Shown here piece after piece: positions 20,780 through 30,849 of a DNA stretch of 30,849 bases; the first letter of the stretch is position 1; each line of letters begins with the position of its first letter. Made by a program: the position numbers and the translations under genes. This DNA is from Tubiluchus corallicola (taxonomy: Eukaryota > Animalia > Priapulida): the NCBI GenBank assembly GCA_030141605.1, contig JAQGDQ010001652.1:1-30849 (forward strand), given 5' to 3'. The notes below the pieces were generated by a model. The model made no database searches. It saw only the letters and a list, made by a program, of their open reading frames with translations, and was not told where the DNA came from.

Positions 20780-22452
20780 GGAAGCTCACTAGCACATGAG
20801 GTCATCGGGCAGAAACTTATTTGCACAGGAATGCTTTGGACAGAAGCTCACTTGCACAGGAATTCTTTGCACAGAAGCTCACTTGCACAGGAGTTCATTG
20901 GACAGAAGCTCACATGCACAGGAATTCCTTGGACAGAAGCTCGCTTGCACAGGAATTCTTTGGACAGAAGCTCATTGGCCCAGGAATTTCTTGGACAGAA
21001 GCTCGCTTGCACAGGAATTCTTTGGACAGAAGCTCACTTGCACAGGAATTCTTTGGACAGAAGCTCACTTGCACAGGAATTTCTTGGACAGAAGCTCACA
21101 TGCACAGGAATTTCTTGGATAGAAGCTCACTGGCCCAGGAATTTCTTGGACAGAAGCTCATTGGCCCAGGAATTTCTTGGACAGAAGCTCACTGGCCCAG
21201 GAATTTCTTGGACAGAAGCTCATTGGCCCAGGAATTTCTTGGACAGAAGCTCACTGGCCCAGGAATTTCTTGGATAGAAGCTCACTGGCCCAGGAATTTC
21301 TTGGACAGAAGCTCACTGGCCCAGGAATTTCTTGGACAGAAGCTCACTTGCACAGGAATTTCTTGGTCAGAAGCTCACTGGCCCAGGAATTTCTTGGACA
21401 GAAGCTCACTGGCTCAGGAATTCCTCAGACAGAAGCTCACTGGCCCAGGAATTTCTTGGACAGAAGCTCACTTGCACAGGAATTTCTTGGCCAGAAGCTC
21501 ACTTGCTCAGGAATTCCTCGGACAGAAGCTCACTGGCCCAGGAATTTCTTGGACAGAAGTTCACTGGCTCAGGAATTCCTCGGACAGAAGCTCACTTGCT
21601 CAGGAATTCCTTGGACAGAAGCTCACTTGCACAGGAATTCTTTGGACAGAAGTTCACTTGCACAGGAATTCTTTGGACAGAAGCTCACTGGCTCAGGAAT
21701 GTCTTGGACAGAAGCTCACTGGCCCAGGAATTTCTTGGACAGAAGCTCACTGGCCCAGGAATTTCTTGGACAGAAGCTCACTGGCTCAGGAATTCCTCAG
21801 ACAGAAGCTCTCTGGCCCAGGAATTTCTTGGACAGAAGCTCACTGGCCCAGGAATTTCTTGGACAGAAGCTCACTGGCCCAGGAATTTCTTGGACAGAAG
21901 CTCACTGGCCCAGGAATTTCTTGGACAGAAGCTCACTGGCTCAGGAATTCCTCAGACAGAAGCTCACTGGCCCAGGAATTTCTTGGACAGAAGCTCACTG
22001 GCCCAGGAATTTCTTGGATAGAAGCTCACTGGCCCAGGAATTTCTTGGACAGAAGCTCACTGGCCCAGGAATTTCTTGGACAGAAGCTCACTGGCCCAGT
22101 AATTTCTTGGACAGAAGCTCACTGGCTCAGGAATTCCTCAGACAGAAGCTCACTGGCCCAGGTATTTCTTGGACAGAAGCTCACTTGCACAGGAATTTCT
22201 TGGTCAGAAGCTCACTGGCCCAGGAATTTCTTGGACAGAAGCTCACTGGCCCAGGAATTTCTTGGACAGAAGTTCACTGGCTCAGGAATTCCTCGGACAG
22301 AAGCTCACTTGCTCAGGAATTCCTTGGACAGAAGCTCACTTGCACAGGAATTCTTTGGACAGAAGTTCACTTGCACAGGAATTCTTTGGACAGAAGCTCA
22401 CTGGCTCAGGAATTCCACGGACAGAAGCTCACTTGCTAAGGAATTCCTTGGA
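20780..22452. repeat. 31-bp minisatellite, about 54 copies
   Basis: Unit ggacagaagctcactggcccaggaatttctt, with ttgcac and ggctc variants. Confidence 0.97.
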
Positions 22453-23255
22453 CCAGTGAGCTCTAGCCATGTGGATTCTAACCGGACGAACTCTATGTCA
22501 GTAAGTTCCTTCTTGGTGAGCCTTGGACCTGTGAGCTCTAGTCGTGTGGGTTCTAACCGGACGAACTCTTCATCAGTAAATTCATTCTTGGTGAGCCTTG
22601 GACCAGTGAGCTCTAGTCGTGTGGGTTCTAACCGGACAAACTCTACATCAGTAAGTTCCTTCTTGGTGAGCCTTGGACCAGTGAGCTCTAGTCGTGTGGG
22701 TTCTAACCGGAGGAACTCTACATTAGTAAGTTCCTTCTTGGTGAGCCTTGGACCAGTGAGATCTAGTCGAGTGGGTTCTAACCGGACGAACTCTACATTA
22801 GTAAGTTCCTTCTTGGTGACCTTGGACCAGTGAGCTCTAGTCGTGTGGGTTCTAACCAGACGAACTCTACGTCAGTAAGTTCCTTCTTGGTGAGCCTTGG
22901 ACCAGTGAGCTCTAGCTGTGTGGGTTCTAACTGGACGAACTCTATGTCAGTAAATTCCTACTTGGTGAGCGTTGGACCAGTGAGCTCTAGTCGTGTGGGT
23001 TCTAACCACACGAACTCTACGTCAGTAAGTTCCTACTTGGTGAGCCTTGGACCAGTGGGCTCTAGTCGTGTGGGTTCTAACCAGACGAACTCTACGTCAG
23101 TAAGTTCCTTTTTGGTGAGCCTTGGACCAGTGAGCTCTAGTCGTGTGGGTTCTAACTGGAAGAACTCTACGTCAGTAAGTTCCTTCTTGGTGAGCGTTGG
23201 ACCAGTGAGCTCCTCTCCAGTGAGTTCTAGTCCTGTGATCGAGCCCAGTGAGCTC
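22447..23255. repeat. 75-bp minisatellite, about 10 copies, abutting the 31-bp array
   Basis: Unit cttggaccagtgagctctagtcgtgtgggttctaaccggacgaactctacRtcagtaagttccttcttggtgagc; period 75 (22597, 22672). Confidence 0.96.
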
Positions 23256-23439
23256 TTTTCTGGCAAAACTTTGATCATTGAGCTCCAACTGAAAGACCTC
23301 TGCCCACCCTACTGGCTAAGTAGGTGGTTTCAGCAGACTTGAAACAATTCCTCACCTTTGTTGACCAATTTAACGCCTTCGCCTCTGTGAATCCCACGCA
23401 TTACAATTACGCGAGGCAAGAATGAAACCCGCTGTGTGC

Positions 23440-23658
23440 AACCCCGCCCCCAAGCAGCGATGACGTCATCAGTGTACACGTCTCTGGTGGGGCTTTTGCC
23501 GCGTGATTTATAACCCTGTGGGAAAACTAACCACTTTTACTATAATCGTCGGAATTGGCTCAGTTTAGTGTGTTTGGACGTTTGGAGCTACCGTAGAAAA
23601 GCATTCACACGTTTTCCTTTCAGACTTTTGCGGTTTTACTAGTTGTGTTTAGGTAAGC
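23440..23658 (+). promoter_or_regulatory. Candidate Pol II promoter and non-coding first exon of an unidentified downstream gene
   Basis: GC box ccccgcccc 23442-23450, CRE TGACGTCA 23461-23468, TGTGGGAA (CSL-type) 23517-23524, Inr-like TCAGTT 23560-23565, donor AG|GTAAGC at 23653. Locally CpG-retaining. Confidence 0.5.
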
Positions 23659-24080
23659 AAAACTTTCTTATACGATGTGTCACTCGTGCTTTATTTTTTC
23701 CGTATTTTTTTAAATTTCGTAATTTTCCTTTTGTTTTTGCATCTGCACTTATCTGAAATTTGGTAAAATAAAAATGCTTTCAGTTTTTTTAATTTGATTA
23801 AAACGTAATTACTCTTATACTGTCAAGTTAATTTTTAATTCAAATTTAAATTCTGTTCTAAAATGGCTTTTGTCTAATTTACCCGTAAGGTATGGGCCAT
23901 AATAAAAAAAAACCATGAAAATATGAGTAATGGTTCTGAAAAAGAACCATTTTAAACAATTTGTTGGCGATAGAAAGAGCCATGAATGCAATTTTCTGGT
24001 AAAGAATTCCACAGATAAGAAGTCCCGGGGAAAACTGGATTTATAAATTTGGTAGTTTTCTTGCATGGACCACGTAGGCA

Positions 24081-24523
24081 GATCGCAATGCTCTTGATCA
24101 AGTTGTTAAATCCGCGTCAAAATTGGTAGGAATTGAACAGCAATCTATGGCATATTTGGGTTGCAAAGAGAAGGCAAGTTATCATGTAAGATGAATTCCA
24201 TCCAGGTAATAAATATTTTGAAATTCTCCCCTCTGCTCGTAGATTCCACTCAATTAACGCTAAAACCACGAGAACTTTAAATTCTTTCTATCCGGTTGTA
24301 ATTCGCGGCATCAATAGTAAATTTCAGTAAATCTCCAATATTAATTCTCTATGTCACTGTACAACTGATTGAATTATTTGTGTTAATCTCCTTGTTGTTT
24401 CCATAAGTTACTGCAGTATGTATAACCTACAAAAATTTCATTGTATGTATTATGTTATAATGACAATAAATTGCTTACTTACTTACTTACTAACTTACTT
24501 ACTTACTTACTTACTTACCTACC

Positions 24524-24557
<34 letters not shown>
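24081..24557 (+). mobile_element. 5'-truncated Rex1/Babar-like LINE 3' end with a (CTTA)n tail
   Basis: Disrupted peptide DRNALDQVVKSASKLVG / DEFHPGNKYFEILPSARRFHSINAKTTRTLNSFYPVVIRGIN resembles the HP..F.LLPSGRR....T.R..NSF.P ORF2 end. AATAAA near 24465 is followed by (ctta)n. The tail is duplicated at about 24631-24690. Confidence 0.82.
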
Positions 24558-24839
24558 TAAGCTGAGATAATGCAACATCTGAAATAAAAGCTAGCACACC
24601 ACATACAGTTACAGATACGTAAAGCCACATAAATTTCGTTGTATGTATTATGCTATAATGACAATAAATTGCTTACTTACTTACCTCACTTAATGTTACC
24701 TCGGTGTGTTATTTTACTTTTAATATTTGTTTTTCCTTCTTCTGTATTTTTAACAACTGTGTGCTTAGAACACTATTTACGATTATTCGTCCATGCTGTA
24801 TAAATAGAGAATATAATTAAATATAAGGTAACATAATAA

Positions 24840-25333
24840 TTTATCGGTCAATTATCTACTGAAGCCCATATGGTGCACTGTAGAGACTGTCTGCATTCTC
24901 TAGCCTTTATGGAACCTTTCATTAGAGCATTTAGGCATAATTAATCAGTTCAATGGACAGGTAGATCATACAGGTGAAAGAGCAGAGGCCAACAGCCGTG
25001 AGAGAAACGAGACCAAAAGCTGTAGGTTTTAGAGTGAATATCTTGCTCATTGAAGGTGTGTGTCGCCTCTTTTGAAGCCTATATGAAGCCTCTTTTGTTG
25101 GTGCTTCAATGGAGAGTGCATTTAAGATGTCTGAACGCTTTCCTAACTGTCGACAGTTTCTAAAACTCGTTTTCCTGTCGCTTTTCTGTGGACATTCCCA
25201 AACGTAGAGGAGCTGCTTTAGATCCAGTTTTCCCCAGAGCCTCTTAGCTGTGGAATTCCTTTCGTAGAAAATAAGTTTTCCTGTTGACTGCAACCTTCCT
25301 AGCTTCAGCATGAACGTTAGCAGATTCATTTAA
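24840..25333 (+). mobile_element. Highly decayed CR1/Jockey-type LINE ORF2 C-terminal remnant
   Basis: Frame-shifted pieces SLFCWCFNGEC, PRAS*LWNSF and SFPVDCNLPSFSMNVSRFI* resemble recalled ORF2 endings SLFYRYF.G.C ... PRT..LWNSLP...FP..Y.L..FK..V.R.L. Confidence 0.5.
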
Positions 25334-25353
25334 TCAGTAGTAAATTTGCTATA

Positions 25354-25780
25354 CAGGGTGGTGCACGAAAAATGTACCGAAGTTTGGACTGCAATAGTAG
25401 GGGAAGCAAGTACTCAACAAAGTTGAAATTCCACAGCACGATACTGTGACATAATAGCTTTCGGCTTTGAAAGTTACAAGTTTATAGCTCAAGTGGTTTT
25501 TAAGTTATGAATAAAAAGTTTTGCATGTTAAAAATTTAAATACAGGAATAATGCTAATCATTAATTGAAATCAGCAAATTAATTTATGCGCATCGAATCT
25601 ACACCATAATTCATACATAACGACGAACGGTCACTACGGTCACAAGTGTTTTGTCCCCTGGATAGCTGTATCTGGAATTTCCTTGAATAGAAAGTGCAGG
25701 ACGGTCTCACAGAACCGTTTGATGCAGAGGAACTAAAGGCAAAAAATGTTGAGTTCTGGAACGAAACTCCAAACACCCTT
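25354..25780. mobile_element. Possible old Tc1/mariner MITE
   Basis: TA|CAGGGTG... left end and ...CACCCTT|TA right end. The TIR match is short and degenerate. Confidence 0.4.
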
Positions 25781-25787
25781 TATCGAA

Positions 25788-26769
25788 GTGAGAAACTGTA
25801 TCAGCTGTTAGGAAAAAGTCTCTCCGTCTAGGTGAGACACTGTATCAGCTGTTAGGAAAAAGTCTCTCCGTCTAGGTGAGACACTGTATCAGCTGTTAGG
25901 AAAAAGTCTCTCCGTCTAGGTGAGAAACTGTATCAGCTGTTAGGAAAAAGTCTCTCCGTCTAGGTGAGAAACTGTATCAGCTGTTAGGAAAAAGTCTCTC
26001 CGTCTAGGTGAGAAACTGTATCAGCTGTTAGGAAAAAGTCTCCGTCTAGGTCAGAAACTGTCAGCTGTTAGGAAAAAGTCTCCGTCTAGGTGAGAAACTG
26101 TATCAGCTGTTAGGAAAAAGTCTCCGTCTAGGTGAGAAACTGTATCAGCTGTTAGGAAAAAGTCTCTCCGTCTAGGTGAGAAACTGTATCAGCTGTTAGG
26201 AAAAAGTCTCTCCGTCTAGGTGAGAAACTGTATCAGCTGTTAGGAAAAAGTCTCCGTCTAGGTGAGAAACTGTATCAGCTGTTAGGAAAAAGTCTCTCCG
26301 TCTAGGTGAGAAACTGTATCAACTGTTGGGAAAAAGTCTCTCCGTCTAGGTGAGAAACTGTATCAGCTGTTAGGAAAAAGTCTCCGTCTAGGTGAGAAAC
26401 TGTATCAACTGTTAGGAAAAAGTCTCTCCGTCTAGGTGAGAAACTGTATCAGCTGTTAGGAAAAAGTCTCCGTCTAGGTGAGAAACTGTATCAGCTGTTA
26501 GGAAAAAGTCTCCGTCTAGGTGAGAAACTGTATCAGCTGTTAGGAAAAAGTCTCCGTCTAGGTGAGAAACTGTATCAGCTGTTAGGAAAAAGTCTCCGTC
26601 TAAGTGAAAAACTGTATCAGCTGTTAGGAAAAAGTCTCCGTCTAAGTGAGAAACTGTATCAGCTGTTAGGAAAAAGTCTCTCCGTCTAGGTGAGCAACTG
26701 TATCAGCTGTTAGGAAAACGTCTCCGTCTAGGTGAGAAACTGTATCAACTGTTAGGAAAACGTCTCCGT
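25788..26769. repeat. 42/44-bp minisatellite, about 23 copies
   Basis: Unit gtgagaaactgtatcagctgttaggaaaaagtc(tc)tccgtctag; period 44 (25788, 25832). Confidence 0.97.
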
Positions 26770-26973
26770 AATAACAAAATTCATTCACTGGGATTATTTA
26801 GATTTCACTATTAGGAAAGTATTAAAAATGACGAACTTTTCCACATGCACAATTTACTTACAAGTATATAAGAACAATGACTTTTGCTCCTCAAATTTGC
26901 GATTTATGACAAACTATAAGCAAACAAACCACGCTAAAAAATTTGCGATTAAAACTCCGGTGTAAAATTTATA

Positions 26974-27119
26974 AAAAGCGTAAGGCTATTTTCACACGGA
27001 ACAGAAGACGAACACATGAGAATTGTTGAATTGGACTTGTACACCAGTATTTGTTCTAATTCATGTGAACATTTCGTGTGATCACGATCTGTTCTATGTG
27101 AACGTAGCTTTACGCTTTT
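26974..27119. mobile_element. Short hairpin MITE, PIF/Harbinger-like
   Basis: aaaagcgTAAggctattttcacacggaacaga ... tctgttctatgtgaacgtagctTTAcgctttt: about 32-bp imperfect inverted repeat. The GGCTAcgTTCACA-type end with TWA flanks is Harbinger-like. Confidence 0.6.
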
Positions 27120-28367
27120 GATCGATGCATACTAAGATCAAATGGTCAAATTTACTCATAATGTTACGAGTAAGAGACAAATTGCTGACGGTTTATGGTG
27201 TTTTCGTGTAGTATTTGGTCTAGAGAAAATCATAGGCCGAAATTTGTGCACCAAGTGTGCCTAATTATGATATAAAACAGACGGACATCATTTGACCAAA
27301 ATGAAAGGGTCTTTAGTCTGCCAGAATGGCGAATAAATGCTGATTTTTACTGGAAAGCATGAAACTTTGGTTATACATAGTTGTGATACATTGTGCTAAT
27401 TTAAAGCACAAGAAAACCATGCATAAAGCTTAAAAATTTGTTTTGAAATTTTATATCACTTACGTACTGCCTCTTTGCGAAGGAGGACATCAATCGGCAG
27501 TCACGCTGTATAAAACACGTAAATTTAAACTCCCGCGATGACCGGTAGACGCAGCCATTTTCACAACAGGTCATTTGAAACAAGTTTACGTAACATTTTG
27601 AAAAATTTGAAAAAATAATCAGAGCATTCGTAGCGCACAAGTCACTAACTAAATAAAATTTAAAATTACTGTATGTTGTCAATAAGATTAAAAATACGTT
27701 TTTTGGTTAGTGAGTGGTGCACCCTGGAGGGTGAGTCAGCGACATTTTACCAATTGGTGAAAACATTTTAAATAATTAATAATTTTCTTTTTAGTCTTTC
27801 AAGCAGGTAAGCGAAAATCTAAGTAATATAATTTTGCATGGAAAGTCTTTTGAGACATAATTTAACATTGCCTTTTCTTCCCCTGATTTACGTTTGGTAC
27901 ATGACGTCATGTAATGGCGACTTCGGAACAGTATTGAGGGAGATTTAAAATGAAAACAAACTAAAATTCCTTTCAGCGCGAGTAAGATATACGCATAAAA
28001 TTGATGTAAAGTAATATAATTTTTTAAGGCAATTTTTCTGAAACCTACTTCAGGTTCCCCTTTTTTTGTCCTTTAAGCGCCGGATTGTTTGCTCTATGAC
28101 AAAAAGCCATAGATAGTTTTAACAAAAGCAATAAAGTTCAGTTAATAACAGTAGATGCTGTTTATGAGAGATGTTGCATTAGCTGTGCTTAATGACACGT
28201 TAATTAAATAGACTTTGTAGGTGGAGGGTTGATCAGCTTCCTCGGGGTTTTAATGTTTTTAAGTGAAATGTACAAATAATCGAAACCTTGTATGGTGACC
28301 TTGAAAGACAAATCTTTCTAGCAAGGTCAAGGTACACTCAGGATGTTCTCTATCTTGAGGTTGTTAC

Positions 28368-28642
28368 TTCCTCTTCCTCTCTTCCCCCTCTCTCTTTCTC
28401 TCTCTCTCCCCACTCCCTCCTCTCTCTCTCTACTCTTTCTTTTTCAATACGTCTTTCTCTCTCTGTTTTCCCTCTATCTCTCTCTCCCGTCTCTCTTTTT
28501 TCAGTCTCCTCTCCCTCTCTCTCCCCTTTTTTTCTTTCTTCCCCCTCTTCCCCTCTCTGCCTTTTTCTCTCTCCCTCCTCTCTCTCTGCTCTTTCTTTTT
28601 CAATATGTCTTTCTCTCTCTCTTTTTCTCTCTCTCTCTCTCT
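28368..28642. repeat. Degenerate polypyrimidine (CT-rich) tract
   Basis: CT-rich, with an internal duplicated ctctttctttttcaataYgtctttctctctct. Confidence 0.9.
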
Positions 28643-28777
28643 ATTATACTTGTAAATTATCAGTATTATTTATATATAGGCAAATCAGCGTTTAGTTAAT
28701 GTTTATAATTTAATGTAGGTTACACCGCCTTCTTACAGTGATGTAAAAATAGGAAATAAATGTCACTTCATTTAAAT

Positions 28778-29815
<1,038 letters not shown>

Positions 29816-30517
29816 TTCCGCCTACTCTCTATCTTTCTCCCCCTATTTTTCGTGATACCAAACAGATGTAGAAAAACAATCACCTTAAACGAATTCTGAA
29901 CAGACAGACACACGAACTTTTACCAGGCATTGAAATCTTCAATCAGATTGTCGCATTGTGATTGGAGTATCGATTGACAACATCTAATTAGCAAATTGTA
30001 CCAAACTCAGATAAACTTTTATGGCTTCATTCTTATAATTGAGCTTCAATTAACGGTGATAACTGACCATGACGGGGCGGCACTGTCGAGTGTTTAATGA
30101 CAGTAAATACAGTTTCATACTGACAGTGGAAATCTAAACAGCACTTAGTAGTCAATATTTTCTCCCTTTCGTTGAGTTTATTAGATCATTTGTAGAAAGT
30201 TGCATATAATTTTACACACGCTGCGAGTTTTCCGTGTTAAAAAACCTCTGTAATCAGTTAATTGCCAATGTCTAAATAGTTCTAAGTGTGTTCCAAGGTC
30301 TTTTGAAGGATTTCTTTTACCCAGGGCATATTTCAGCCTAAGCGAGGCCCGGTGAAGTGGGGCGAAAATTTTTGAACTGCTAGAACGCCGGAGAAGCATT
30401 TTCGAAGAGAAAATATGGAGTTATACAGTTGTTAAAGGAAAGAACAATTGAAAGAAAAACTGCTTTATTCTCAAGATCGGTCCTTAATACTTGTCAATAC
30501 TGGCAAACGCATGCGGC

Positions 30518-30849
<332 letters not shown>

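Noticed and set aside
20720-23342. Long ORFs of 670, 420, 229, 185 and 170 aa
   Set aside because: They are translations of the 31-bp and 75-bp arrays. The 31-bp unit is largely stop-free and cycles through all three frames, giving the same peptide in each, with no domain signature.
24931-25329. 132-aa minus-strand ORF
   Set aside because: It is antisense to a decayed LINE remnant and has no recognisable motif.
5631-26769. CRISPR arrays
   Set aside because: All arrays are head-to-tail tandem repeats without unique spacers, there are no cas genes, and the context is eukaryotic.
27899-27912. Second CRE palindrome ACATGACGTCATGT as a promoter
   Set aside because: It lacks accompanying core-promoter motifs, and TGACGTCA-like words are common inside non-autonomous DNA elements (another is near 12330, inside a TIR element).

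Overview
AT-rich, intron-containing animal DNA, probably from an invertebrate; nothing here looks prokaryotic. The only well-supported protein-coding gene is the 3' end of an attractin (ATRN/ATRNL1-family) gene on the + strand. It has seven GT-AG exons between 1567 and 9690 that splice in frame and encode the juxtamembrane region, the TM helix and the MASRPF-containing cytoplasmic tail. The rest is repetitive. It includes a full-length 5S rRNA-derived SINE with an RTE-type 3' end and an 11-bp TSD, several LINE 3' remnants, piggyBac, hAT, pogo, Tc1 and Harbinger-type non-autonomous elements, about a dozen unrelated minisatellites and long microsatellites. A candidate promoter and first exon of a second gene lie near 23.5 kb. 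Four observations stand out. (1) The attractin TGA stop is in a leaky UGA-C context and is followed by 13 in-frame codons that resemble the vertebrate attractin C-terminus and end in a class I PDZ motif (TTI). (2) The 5S-plus-RTE composite SINE is intact. (3) Inverted piggyBac MITE copies bracket a 219-nt frame-neutral two-exon module, an architecture associated with circRNA formation and exon skipping. (4) The 3' half and splice donor of the penultimate exon are triplicated. All long ORFs in the track are repeat artefacts. Family assignments are from recalled motifs, not database searches.
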